Shown here: in pieces, positions 8,530-17,612 of the stretch
Numbering within the stretch: position 1 is the stretch's first letter
Layout: the number at the start of each line of letters is the position of its first letter
From: Thermofilum adornatum
GTDB lineage: Archaea; Thermoproteota; Thermoprotei; Thermofilales; Thermofilaceae
Assembly (NCBI RefSeq): GCF_000446015.1
Contig: NC_022093.1
Location: forward strand, 120,001-152,000
DNA length: 32,000 bases
Direction: 5' to 3'
The notes under the pieces: model-generated
The model's database searches: none
What the model saw: only the letters and a program-made list of their open reading frames with translations
What the model was told of the DNA's origin: nothing
Position numbers and translations under genes: made by a program

Positions 8530-9220
8530 AGACTGGAAGGTCAGGGTTATCCAGAACAATATTTCGCTGTATAGGCTCATAGTGCATTGAAATAGCCCTG
8601 ATCTCTACACCTGTTTCTTTCGCTATTCTGAGCAACCTTGCCACTTCACTGTCCCCCTCCACGTAGGGCTTGAAGGCTTCCACATTTGGAAGAGCCGCAA
8701 TGAAAACTATGAGCCCCTTTCTGCCTGACTCAACGTGTCTGATAAGCTCCTTGATTTGCCTCCTTCCACGCTCGGTTGGACAGTCAGGGTACATCGCATA
8801 AGAGTTTTCCCTCAGCACTGCACTCTTAACCTCTACAAGTATGTCCTCTCCACGACGCTCAAATTCGTAGTCAAACACTGAACTGTATAGGCGAGGGGAC
8901 CTACGTGAAATCCTAATGTTGTCCCACGGCTTTATCCCTAGAGATATAAGTTGCTCGAAAGCCCTCATCTGCAGGGCAGTGTCAATAAGCGCGGCTAGCC
9001 CGCCTTCCTCAACAGCGAATAATTGGTACTGGGTCTTCGGCGTATCTTTTGGTATGCAGAAAGCCTTCCTGCCACTAACGAGAAACTCTCTCAGGCGCCC
9101 AGTGTTGTTTATGTGGGCTCTCCGGGTTTTTCCTTCTACCTCTACCTCTACGACGAACCTATTGATACGTTGCCTTATCAAACATTCTACTTGGACTGGT
9201 ATATCTAGGAGCCTAGTCAT
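8516..9220 (-). CDS. sfsA: SfsA family nuclease / sugar fermentation stimulation protein homologue
   Basis: 234 aa, colinear with E. coli SfsA: RINRFVVEV, HINNTGRL, VEVKSAVL…YPDCPTERGRRQIKEL. The start overlaps the upstream stop (ATGA at 9217-9220). The 3' end overlaps the aor 3' end by 14 nt. Confidence 0.85.
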   Translation of the reverse strand: MTRLLDIPVQVECLIRQRINRFVVEVEVEGKTRRAHINNTGRLREFLVSGRKAFCIPKDTPKTQYQLFAVEEGGLAALIDTALQMRAFEQLISLGIKPWDNIRISRRSPRLYSSVFDYEFERRGEDILVEVKSAVLRENSYAMYPDCPTERGRRQIKELIRHVESGRKGLIVFIAALPNVEAFKPYVEGDSEVARLLRIAKETGVEIRAISMHYEPIQRNIVLDNPDLPVFIPP

Positions 9221-10179
9221 TCCTGTTCTCCTAGCCCCTTTGCTACATTGACTAATACCTTAAGCTTCCTCAGCACTATTTCCTCGTATTCCCTACCCTT
9301 TAAAAACCCCCTCATCCCGCCAAATCCACAGTCCGGCTTCAGGAAGGCAAGGTGTGCCCCATAGGTATTCAGGGCTTCTTTAGCTAAAGCCATGACGTCC
9401 TGCTCCTCTTCTACACGTGTGTTTCGAGACGAGATAATACCGTAGCCGAGAGCTTTACCGGCTCTGTTTAACTCTTCTCTACTATAGTACTTCCTGTTCT
9501 CTGGTATGTCGCTGTGCTCGTGGTCTAAGAAATTCGCATTTCTCAAAGGAAGAAGAATATTCTTCAATAGGGGCGGGAGCCTACTACAAACATGGACTCC
9601 TCTAAGGGGGCTCTTAAACTGGCCTAGCACGCGGTCGAGTACTTGGGTTATTTTATTGGGTTCCATGCCAAACATTATACTCTTTGCCCCCACAATCACT
9701 GAGAGAACTGGCTCGTCTACACATACAACATGGGGACGTGATACTTTTGAGACTTCACGAGCCATTTCCACCAGGTAGTCGAAAAGTTCACTGAAGAGAT
9801 CCTCGTATGCCAGGAGCGAGGATTTTATGTCGCCTAGTTTTCCTCCTTTAGGGGTTAGCCGAGAGGCAATCGTAAATGGCCCCGTAAATGCTAGCCTGTA
9901 CTTGATGCCGAGGTCTTCAGCAATGTCGACAGCATAAACTATGTCCTCTGGGGGCTCGGGCTCCACGGACAAAATGTCTCCCCGAACCTCATAGCCCAGA
10001 TGCTCATAGGAAAGGACTCCCTTGTTCACTAGTGGCTCAACATACATGTAGACGAAGTCCCGTAGCTGAGGCAACACTGGGAACGTTATCCCAACTTCGT
10101 ATTGGTCTATAAGTGCCCGCTTAATGTTTTCACGGTTGTAATCGAGGGGAAAGCTCCCCACCAGGGTCGTGGGGATCAT
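9217..10179 (-). CDS. cobalamin-independent methionine synthase (MetE C-terminal domain)-like Zn methyltransferase
   Basis: 320 aa with an N-terminal TTLVGSFP motif. Candidate Zn ligands are GVHVCS (H-x-C), DHEHSD (acidic) and KPDCGFGG (Cys). The substrate is not determinable from sequence. Confidence 0.72.
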   Translation of the reverse strand: MIPTTLVGSFPLDYNRENIKRALIDQYEVGITFPVLPQLRDFVYMYVEPLVNKGVLSYEHLGYEVRGDILSVEPEPPEDIVYAVDIAEDLGIKYRLAFTGPFTIASRLTPKGGKLGDIKSSLLAYEDLFSELFDYLVEMAREVSKVSRPHVVCVDEPVLSVIVGAKSIMFGMEPNKITQVLDRVLGQFKSPLRGVHVCSRLPPLLKNILLPLRNANFLDHEHSDIPENRKYYSREELNRAGKALGYGIISSRNTRVEEEQDVMALAKEALNTYGAHLAFLKPDCGFGGMRGFLKGREYEEIVLRKLKVLVNVAKGLGEQE

Positions 10180-10184
10180 GCTAT

Positions 10185-10925
10185 CTACCTCTCAACCTTT
10201 AGCTCTACGCTTGATGGATTCGTAGGCGCACCCTTAAGGGTGGAGACCAAAGCATAGACAACGTTCCTGAAAACGTCCTGCACAAAGGGGTTTAGCTCGA
10301 TGCTTCTTCCGTCAACCCTTAGCTTTACCTTAGAGGATAAAACTGTGCAGTCTCTATGTGTTGCCTCGCCTCGAAGAATCGCTTCAGCCATGCTCATGCA
10401 GTTTCCATACTTGCAGAAGCCACAGTTAAGGGCTGGTAGCGGCTCAAAGGCCTTTTTAAGCACGTAGTCTACTATTTTCTCTAGGTCACGATCCAAGTCG
10501 AATACAGGAATCTTGAAGTTTTCTCCATCTATTTTTTCCCTCGTGGAAACGATGGCAATGGTTAGGGGTGAAACGAGCTGTTTAGCCTCCTCGGCGTCTT
10601 TTGCAACGGCAATCCTAACGCCTGGAAACTCGGACTTGAATCCTTCAAAAATGGCGAAGTCATAGCTCTTCAAACTTGAAATTATTTCCCATAGCTTTGC
10701 ATCGTACCTCCTATATTCCTCTATTACGCCTTTGGAGACAGTCAAGACAAGGTCGGCTCCAGCCCTGAAAAGCCTGCCAGAGTCTTTTTCAGGAAGAGAA
10801 ATTTCCTCGTGCACATGCTTCACAACTGCAACCTTCATGTTTTTTGCCTTGAGGATGGGTATCATTCGTTCTGCAAGAACCGTTTTCCCAGAATCCTTAT
10901 AGCCTATAATGGCTATGGCCCTCAT
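10185..10925 (-). CDS. mobB: MobB-like molybdopterin-guanine dinucleotide biosynthesis adapter fused to a Cys4 putative Fe-S domain
   Basis: N-terminus IAIIGYKDSGKT (P-loop) followed by VAVVKHVHE is typical of MobB. The C-terminal CGFCKYGNCMSMAEAILRGEATHRDC (C-x2-C-x4-C-x16-C) resembles the RnfB-type N-terminal Fe-S domain. Confidence 0.8.
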   Translation of the reverse strand: MRAIAIIGYKDSGKTVLAERMIPILKAKNMKVAVVKHVHEEISLPEKDSGRLFRAGADLVLTVSKGVIEEYRRYDAKLWEIISSLKSYDFAIFEGFKSEFPGVRIAVAKDAEEAKQLVSPLTIAIVSTREKIDGENFKIPVFDLDRDLEKIVDYVLKKAFEPLPALNCGFCKYGNCMSMAEAILRGEATHRDCTVLSSKVKLRVDGRSIELNPFVQDVFRNVVYALVSTLKGAPTNPSSVELKVER

Positions 10926-11026
10926 ATCCTATCATTTTCGAATAGCGTTGGATAAATATATTGCCTTATCCGTGAAAGCAAAGACTATCGGGGAAAATAT
11001 TTAGGCAGGATCCTAACATCATATTT

Positions 11027-11821
11027 GTGCCTTTGGAAATTAACCTCAAAGGTAAACTCTCCCTGACAACTGCTTCTTCGAGAGGTATAGGCTTCGGTGT
11101 CGCACGGGTGCTCGCACTGGCCGGTAGCGATGTTATTTTGGTTGCAAGAAACAGGGAAGAACTAGTCCAGGCCAGTAAATCGATAAAAGAAGAGGCCAAC
11201 GTCGACGTTACATATCTTGTTGCCGACTTGACAAAGAAAGAAGACCTAGAAAAACTCGAAAAAGATATCCGAGAAACAGGCTACCCGGATATTTTCTTCT
11301 ATTCGACTGGGGGACCAAAGCCTGGAAGCTTCCAGGAGCTCGAAATGGAGGACTGGGACCAGGGCTACAGGCTACTCGTCTATCCAGCGATATTTCTGAC
11401 GAGAGTAGTGACTCCCCACATGGTCGAGAAGAGGTGGGGAAGAATAATCTATCTCACGAGTTCAGCCATAAAGGAGCCAATGAGCAACCTTGCCCTAAGC
11501 AACGTGCTACGTATAAGTCTTGCAGGACTCGTGAGGACGCTTGCAAAAGAACTTGGAAGATACGGCATAACTGTTAACGGGATTATGCCGGGGACAATAA
11601 AGACCTCGAGAATAGAAGAGCTTGCCAGAGACATTGCAAGACGCAACAACATATCTCTAGAAGAGGCATATAATAGCCTAGCAAGAGACATTCCGGCTGG
11701 GCGCCTCGGAAAACCAGAAGACATAGGATATCTTGTAGCTTTCCTTGCAAGCGACTACGCCTCCTACATTAACGGAGCAATGATACCTGTAGACGGGGGC
11801 CGCTTAAACTCTGTTTTCTAG
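11027..11821 (+). CDS. short-chain dehydrogenase/reductase-like protein (atypical active site)
   Basis: 264 aa with a GTG start. Has a Rossmann motif TASSRGIGFG and a PG motif (IMPGTI). The position of the canonical YxxxK reads SNVLR (11498-11512). Confidence 0.85.
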   Translation: MPLEINLKGKLSLTTASSRGIGFGVARVLALAGSDVILVARNREELVQASKSIKEEANVDVTYLVADLTKKEDLEKLEKDIRETGYPDIFFYSTGGPKPGSFQELEMEDWDQGYRLLVYPAIFLTRVVTPHMVEKRWGRIIYLTSSAIKEPMSNLALSNVLRISLAGLVRTLAKELGRYGITVNGIMPGTIKTSRIEELARDIARRNNISLEEAYNSLARDIPAGRLGKPEDIGYLVAFLASDYASYINGAMIPVDGGRLNSVF

Positions 11822-11847
11822 CGTCGCCACGGCCTCGGTGATTATGC

Positions 11848-12606
11848 TTGACTAGCAAAGAAAATAAAGGACTGCTGACCAAAGAGGAACTAGAAAGGTA
11901 CGACCGACAAATAAGAGTCTGGGGAATAGAGGCCCAGGAGAAAATTAAGAGGGCAAAAGTAGCTGTTGTGGGAGCGGGAGGACTAGGCTCACCTGTCTCC
12001 TATTATCTAGCAGCGGCCGGCGTTGGTAGCCTTCTAATTGTAGACTCGGAAATAATCGAGACGAGTAACCTTAACAGGCAAATTCTGCACTGGACAAGTG
12101 ACATTGGAAGACCCAAAGTCGAGTCGGCAAAGGAAAAACTAGAGAAACTAAACCCCAATGTCACTATTAAGGTTGTTCGGAAGAAAATAGAGAGTCTAGA
12201 TGATGCAATAGAGATTGCGAGAGAAGTGGACATTGTTGTAGACTGCCTCGATAACTGGGCCACTCGTTTTCTCCTGAATGAGGCATGCGTGAAACTTAGA
12301 AAACCACTTGTTCATGCAGGAGTAAGGGAACTATATGGACAGCTCACAGTAGTAAAGCCATATGAGGGCCCATGCCTAAGATGCATTTTTCCAAAGAATC
12401 CGCCCGAAGAGTCAACTTTTCCAATTGTAGGACCCGTCCCGGGAGTGATCGGTGCGCTCGAGGCTCTTGAAGTACTAAAACTGATAACTGGGCACGGTGA
12501 AACCTTAGTGGGTAAACTATTGTTCTACGATGGCTACAGAAATTCTTTCGACATAGTAAAGGTCGAGCGCCGGCCAGACTGCCCTGTATGTGGGCGTAGG
12601 CCTTGA
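11848..12606 (+). CDS. ThiF/MoeB/UbaA-family E1-like adenylyltransferase
   Basis: 252 aa, TTG start with GGTGA 8 nt upstream. Motifs: RYDRQIRVWG, VGAGGLGSPVSYYLAAAGVG, ETSNLNRQILH. Paired Zn Cys motifs CLRC and CPVC are present. There is no rhodanese domain. Confidence 0.85.
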   Translation: MTSKENKGLLTKEELERYDRQIRVWGIEAQEKIKRAKVAVVGAGGLGSPVSYYLAAAGVGSLLIVDSEIIETSNLNRQILHWTSDIGRPKVESAKEKLEKLNPNVTIKVVRKKIESLDDAIEIAREVDIVVDCLDNWATRFLLNEACVKLRKPLVHAGVRELYGQLTVVKPYEGPCLRCIFPKNPPEESTFPIVGPVPGVIGALEALEVLKLITGHGETLVGKLLFYDGYRNSFDIVKVERRPDCPVCGRRP

Positions 12607-12619
12607 AAAGCTTGAGAAG

Positions 12620-13150
12620 CTACAGGCTGTATCTTCGCTTTACAGCCTCCCATACTCCTAGTTCCCGTGAAAAATCCTCTATTTCTTTTTTAGTGTTTTC
12701 AATTATATCATCCACTCTGAATCCCATCTCCCTGTACCTTAAGCCCATTATATATGTGGCAATGTAATTGCATAGCTTAGCCATTTTAGCCTCCCTGCTT
12801 TGTTGCTGAGAATATTCCCCGTAGAGCTTCTTTGCGAGCTCATTTTCTATTCCTTTCTCTACGGACTCTAGTTCGATGCGTTCCTTGGTTTCCCCAACAC
12901 TTGAGCTAAAGTTCTTTACGACGTCTCCGATGAATGCCTCTCCAAGGTCGTGTAGCAAAGCATAGATAGCCATTTTCTCTACATCCAGGTCTTTTACATC
13001 TTCCGATAGCTCCATGCATATGAGTGCAGACATAAAAGAGTGCTCTGCAACGGTCTCCGCCAATGAGCCGGGTATGCCTCTGAGCATCCAACCCGTCCTT
13101 GCCAGGTTAATAAGGCTAAATGCTACATCTGTAAGGCTTTTCCTAGACAT
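12620..13150 (-). CDS. HD-domain phosphohydrolase (YfbR-like 5'-nucleotidase family)
   Basis: Has the H…HD…D pattern: VAEHSFMSAL, LLHDLGEAFIGD. The track start is TTG at 13162. I prefer ATG at 13150 because a TATA-like AATAAAAATTTG (minus strand, ~13170-13182) sits ~26 nt upstream, implying a leaderless mRNA. Confidence 0.78.
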   Translation of the reverse strand: MSRKSLTDVAFSLINLARTGWMLRGIPGSLAETVAEHSFMSALICMELSEDVKDLDVEKMAIYALLHDLGEAFIGDVVKNFSSSVGETKERIELESVEKGIENELAKKLYGEYSQQQSREAKMAKLCNYIATYIMGLRYREMGFRVDDIIENTKKEIEDFSRELGVWEAVKRRYSL

Positions 13151-13217
13151 CTCAATGCTCAAGGGTTTTCAAATTTTTATTCACTTAAATATTTGCTTAA
13201 GAGATTGCTGGGACTTT

Positions 13218-15764
13218 TTATCCTCTTTTGTTCTGCCATCTCAGCATGGAGACAGCATTCACTACGACAGTTATATCGCTGGCCATCATGGCCCCAGCAG
13301 CCAGCTCTGGCCTTAACATGACTCCTAGGGGTTTCCAGAGAATCCCAGCAGCTATTGGTACAAGGGTTAAATTGTAGGCGAAGGCCCACAATAGGTTCTC
13401 TAGTGCTTTTTTCCTCACCAACTCGCTCAACTTGAAGAGAGCTATGAGGGGCTCCAGGTTGCCTCCTGCGAGAACGGCGTCTCCGGCTTCCTTAGATATG
13501 TCTGCACCCCCACCCATGGCTATGCCAACGAAGGCCCTGCTCAAAGCGACAGCATCATTGATACCGTCACCGACAAATAATACTTTTTTGCCTGATGCTT
13601 GGAGTTTTTCAACAAGTTCACCCTTGTCTTCTGGCCTCATCTCTGCATATACCTGGTCTAGGGAAAGCTCCCTGGAAAGATTTTCGGCTACAACCTTGCT
13701 GTCTCCTGTTGCAAGGATGGTTGTCAAACCTTTTTTCTTCAGAAAAGAAACCACCCTTAATGCGTCTTCCCTTATCTCGTCTCGAACCAAAACAAGAGCA
13801 GAAACCTTTCCATTTAGAGCAACATAGAAGATGGTAGACCCCTGCGAAATCTCTTTTTCTGCTCTCTCGTTTACCTGACCCGGGACTTCAAGGTTAAACA
13901 TTTCAAGAAGTCTCTTCGAGCCAACAATCACTTCTGCACCGTTTATTTTGGCAAAAATTCCCAGTCCAGGAAAATGTTCGTAGTGTTCCGGCTCTAGCGA
14001 AACAACCTTCTTCTCTGAACAATACTCGATAACAGCAGAGGCCAAGGGATGCTCACTTCTATTTTCTGCTGAACAAAGGTACCTTAAGACCTCTTCACCT
14101 GCACTGTCAAGAAAAATTACTTCTTGGACTCTCGGCTTCCCCATGGTCAGGGTGCCTGTCTTGTCAAAAACAACAGTGTCTACCTGCAGAATCCTTTCGA
14201 AGACGTCTCCGCTCCTAACAACTATACCAATCCTAGTTGCATTTATTATAGCGATCGCTACTACCAGGGGCACTGCTATACCTAGGGGACACGGACAAGT
14301 AACCGCAAGCACTGCCGCAGCGAATAAGGCGGCTTCGCTGTAGCTAGCTCCTCCCAACGTCGCCCAGTACAAAAACGTCCCAATGCTAACCGCTATTATC
14401 GCCCATGTAAGATAGCCCACAACACGGTCGGCAATCCTCTGGAACTGCGGCTTCCTAAACTGTGCTTCCTTGACTGCTTCTATTATGTAGGCCAGACTCG
14501 TCTCTTTTCCCACCCTAGTCGCTCTAACTCTCAAGTAGCCAGAGACAAGAATTGTCCCCGACAGGACAATATCTCTTTTCTCTGCGCTCTTCAAAACAGG
14601 AGCCGGCTCGCCAGTAAATGTAGATTCATCAACATATCCCCATCCTTCTACAACAACACCGTCAACAAGGATGCGTTCTCCGGCTTTTACCTCTACTATT
14701 TCTCCTGGCTTTACCTGGTCAGATTCTACCTCTACGAGTTTCCCGTCGCGTATCACTCTCACCTTACCTTTTTGGGCAGAAGCCAGAGCATACAGGTAGT
14801 TGAATGCCCTTTTCCTGACCCTATTCTCGATATATGTACCCAGCGAGACAAAGCCCAAAACCCCAGCAGGTATTTCAAACATTCCCATGCCTTCATGACT
14901 AAGAAGCAACTGTATAATCCCTGTTATATATGCAACAAGAGAAGACAGAGTTACAAGGCTGTCCATGCTTGGGGATAAGCGTATAAGCGCTAACAGGCCC
15001 CTTACGAGTAAATCATAGTTTAGGAATATCACTGCCGTCGCAACGGCAAAGTAGATGATTGGCGGAAGCGGAAAAACAAGGTGAAAGGCTTCTAGCGAGT
15101 GCCAAGTAACCACTGTGAGGCCCAATCCAAATGAGGCCAGAGGTATCCAGAGTGGCTTTTCCCGTTTATCTTCGAGTTGACTCTCTTCTACTTCTCCAAC
15201 TTGGTATCCAAGGACCCTGACCAATTCTTTGATTTCTGCTGGGTTGGTAGTTAGAGGATTATAGGTTATCTTTGCGAGATTAGAGGCTGGCGAATAGTGG
15301 CAAGAAAATACTCCCTTAAGCCTTGATACTTTTTTCTCAAAGTTGTGTGCTTCTTCAGGTTCGAGTTCAACACTGAAGACAAGCGTTCCCTTTTCTAAGT
15401 CGTATCCAGCTTCCCGAATAGCCTTGTTTATGTCAACAAGAGATATCTTGTCCTGGTCATAGATGACAACGGCATCACCAGTTGTAACATCTATGTCTAT
15501 GGTGGCCCCAATCTTGTGCAGGGATTTTTGTATCGCTAAAACACAAGTCGGACAGTCTACACCTATAACTCTAATCTTTTCCCTTGTTTTTGTCAGTTTG
15601 TTCACAACTGGACCATGCTGTAAATAATATTCAGGGTTCTTTTCGAATGCTTTTTTGCAGTGTGGGCTACAGAAATAGTATATTTTTCCCTTGTAGACAG
15701 ATTTGTAAGGAGTTTTCTCAGATTCTACTTCCATTCCACAGACTGGATCTATTTGCTTTACCAT
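13218..15764 (-). CDS. copA: copper-translocating P1B-type ATPase with N-terminal YHS/TRASH-like and HMA-like domains
   Basis: 848 aa. Domains and motifs: DPVCGMEV…[19 protein letters not shown] (YHS/TRASH-like); [10 protein letters not shown] (HMA CxxC); TM motif VTCPCPLG (CPC); DKTGTLT; SEHPLA; GDGINDA; YN and MxxS TM motifs. Confidence 0.92.
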   Translation of the reverse strand: MVKQIDPVCGMEVESEKTPYKSVYKGKIYYFCSPHCKKAFEKNPEYYLQHGPVVNKLTKTREKIRVIGVDCPTCVLAIQKSLHKIGATIDIDVTTGDAVVIYDQDKISLVDINKAIREAGYDLEKGTLVFSVELEPEEAHNFEKKVSRLKGVFSCHYSPASNLAKITYNPLTTNPAEIKELVRVLGYQVGEVEESQLEDKREKPLWIPLASFGLGLTVVTWHSLEAFHLVFPLPPIIYFAVATAVIFLNYDLLVRGLLALIRLSPSMDSLVTLSSLVAYITGIIQLLLSHEGMGMFEIPAGVLGFVSLGTYIENRVRKRAFNYLYALASAQKGKVRVIRDGKLVEVESDQVKPGEIVEVKAGERILVDGVVVEGWGYVDESTFTGEPAPVLKSAEKRDIVLSGTILVSGYLRVRATRVGKETSLAYIIEAVKEAQFRKPQFQRIADRVVGYLTWAIIAVSIGTFLYWATLGGASYSEAALFAAAVLAVTCPCPLGIAVPLVVAIAIINATRIGIVVRSGDVFERILQVDTVVFDKTGTLTMGKPRVQEVIFLDSAGEEVLRYLCSAENRSEHPLASAVIEYCSEKKVVSLEPEHYEHFPGLGIFAKINGAEVIVGSKRLLEMFNLEVPGQVNERAEKEISQGSTIFYVALNGKVSALVLVRDEIREDALRVVSFLKKKGLTTILATGDSKVVAENLSRELSLDQVYAEMRPEDKGELVEKLQASGKKVLFVGDGINDAVALSRAFVGIAMGGGADISKEAGDAVLAGGNLEPLIALFKLSELVRKKALENLLWAFAYNLTLVPIAAGILWKPLGVMLRPELAAGAMMASDITVVVNAVSMLRWQNKRG

Positions 15765-15807
15765 GATTTCTCACATGAGAATGACGGTGTCATGGTATAA
15801 ATTTTTT

Positions 15808-16959
15808 CTAACCATCTTGTCTTTTTGTCTCTTCGAGATATGTAGCAAACTGTTCAATGTATTTAAACCCGTGATCTGGGAATATCAGCACATAGTCACC
15901 TTCTTGGAGCGCCCCATTCTTTTTCAGCTTTTCAAAAGTAGCCATTACTGCTCCACTGCTAAGACCCACAAATAAGCCCTCACTTCTAGCTATCCTTATA
16001 GCCTGTTCAATAGCTTCACTAGATGTAACATCTTGGACTTTGTCTATCTTTACATAGTGAAGCCACTTCATCCCGGTTTCTACTCTTCTTATGCCGGGAA
16101 TAACATTCCCGGGTGCCGGCTGGGCGCCATAAACCTTTACGTTGTCGCCATATTTGCTTTTGAAATAAAGACTTAGTGCCGAAAGGTGACCCGAGGTACC
16201 TACACCACCTATTATTCCCCTAAGCTTAAGGGAGGCTTCCCGCACCTGCAAGTCAAGCTCTTTAGCAGTATATCTCAAATGAACCTTTAAATTCGAGTTA
16301 TTCTCGAATTGATTCAAATGGATGCCTCCCTCCCTTTTTGCAAGCTCGTCAACGTCTCCAACGAATTCCACGGTGAGACTTTTTTGAACCCTTTGAACCT
16401 CAGCACCCATTATACGCAGAATTATGTCTGAGGCTTTTTGAATCGTGTATGGCAAGAATAATTTAACCTTGAGACCCTTTATATTTGCGAGAGCAGTTAA
16501 AGCCATGCCCGTATTTGTACTGGTGGCTTCATACAAAACGGTAGGATTATTATACTTCGCCAGATAGTCTGTGATCATTGACCAGCCAATTCTGTCCTTT
16601 ACACTCATACTGAAGGGGTTAAAAAACTCCAACTTTGCCCACACCCTTAAATTATGGTTGGACAGTGAACGAAGAAGAACGAGAGGGGTTGGCCAGTTCT
16701 TGTATAGAAGCTCTTCGGTGCTACTAAATACTCTAAGCCGTGAAGGAGAAATGTCGTCAAAGAAACCCAGATGATCGAGATGATACGTCTCAGTCCCTTC
16801 CTTACATGAAGGTTCCCTTATTCCTAGAAAACTGAGAGCTTCCTGCATCAGGTCTTTTTCCCCTAAATATTCGTTGCAGGATATCTTTCCCTTCTTCAAA
16901 ATTTCCGCAACTATTCCCAATACTTTTTCTAGTCTCTCATCTTTCCCAATTATATACAT
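15808..16959 (-). CDS. cysO: PLP-dependent cysteine synthase family, O-phosphoserine sulfhydrylase-like
   Basis: 383 aa with PLP-lysine motif NPFSMSVKDR, plus GVGTSGHLSA and IPGIRRVETGM. It has a ~100-aa N-terminal extension. From memory it is closely colinear with the Aeropyrum pernix O-phosphoserine sulfhydrylase. Confidence 0.85.
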   Translation of the reverse strand: MYIIGKDERLEKVLGIVAEILKKGKISCNEYLGEKDLMQEALSFLGIREPSCKEGTETYHLDHLGFFDDISPSRLRVFSSTEELLYKNWPTPLVLLRSLSNHNLRVWAKLEFFNPFSMSVKDRIGWSMITDYLAKYNNPTVLYEATSTNTGMALTALANIKGLKVKLFLPYTIQKASDIILRIMGAEVQRVQKSLTVEFVGDVDELAKREGGIHLNQFENNSNLKVHLRYTAKELDLQVREASLKLRGIIGGVGTSGHLSALSLYFKSKYGDNVKVYGAQPAPGNVIPGIRRVETGMKWLHYVKIDKVQDVTSSEAIEQAIRIARSEGLFVGLSSGAVMATFEKLKKNGALQEGDYVLIFPDHGFKYIEQFATYLEETKRQDG

Positions 16960-17143
16960 TCGAATACCACCAGATTTTTAACAATAATTTGGAAGAGAAC
17001 CCTTTTCCAAAAATGCTCAAGAAAGAAATTCCTCATAAAAATTTTTCCTCCAATGTAGACGTTCATTAGATTTGTGGTCTTGGGATTTATCCCGTTTTGT
17101 TTCATATTGACAAAAAGAAGAGGCTTCATCTTCAATGTCTCCC

Positions 17144-17584
17144 TTATCTTAACAATTCTAGTTCGATATTTATATCAGGTTCAAATCGCGAGATATGTAC
17201 AAGGCCTTTCCACGTAAACACGAGGTGCTTGGTTGTCTTAGGAGGAAAAAGTTTCCCAGATAGCCCAGCTTTTAATACCTGTTCCTTCGGGATATTCTTG
17301 CCATCTCCAAAAGACTTTACTAAAATAAGAGGCGACTTGTAGTTGAACATGATACATGGTATATACCTGCAACCCAGACATTTTAATGCCTCAAATCTGT
17401 GGTGCCCATCTAGTATGACTCTAGTACCTTTATCTACAGCTATCGGCTTCTTTAAAACTCCATCCTTCACTATTGAAGCTAGCAATGTCATAAGTCTGTC
17501 TTGTTCGCACTCCTCGTGAGGACGGAGCTCACTGATGGCACACAGTTCAATGTTATTTTTGCTTTGTAACCAATAACCCCTCAT
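17144..17584 (-). CDS. ParB/sulfiredoxin-fold protein; candidate free L-serine kinase (SerK/SbnI-like)
   Basis: 146 aa with ISELRPHEE and VILDGHHRFEAL (ParB N-terminal/Srx motifs). No HTH or dimerisation domain is present. It sits 185 bp upstream of the O-phosphoserine sulfhydrylase on the same strand. Confidence 0.7.
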   Translation of the reverse strand: MRGYWLQSKNNIELCAISELRPHEECEQDRLMTLLASIVKDGVLKKPIAVDKGTRVILDGHHRFEALKCLGCRYIPCIMFNYKSPLILVKSFGDGKNIPKEQVLKAGLSGKLFPPKTTKHLVFTWKGLVHISRFEPDINIELELLR

Positions 17585-17593
17585 GTTTAGTTC

Positions 17594-17612
17594 TATATGA
17601 CATCGTCATATA
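17594..17612. promoter_or_regulatory. perfect 8-3-8 palindrome TATATGAC-ATC-GTCATATA over the core promoter of the ParB/Srx-like gene
   Basis: Read directly from the sequence. It lies 10-28 nt upstream of the ATG at 17584, and its distal half supplies the TATA-like TTATATGA. Confidence 0.5.

Noticed and set aside
16950-17135. 61-aa minus-strand ORF bridging the ParB-like and sulfhydrylase genes
   Set aside because: It lies in AT-rich promoter/terminator sequence, overlaps the sulfhydrylase start, and is hydrophobic and low-complexity with no start-site signals.
17144-17584. ParB-like gene as a chromosome/plasmid partition or mobile-element/defence marker
   Set aside because: There is no ParA/SMC partner, no HTH or dimerisation domain, and no parS-like repeats or other mobile or defence genes nearby. 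The metabolic context (adjacent O-phosphoserine sulfhydrylase) favours the serine-kinase-type interpretation, though that is unproven.
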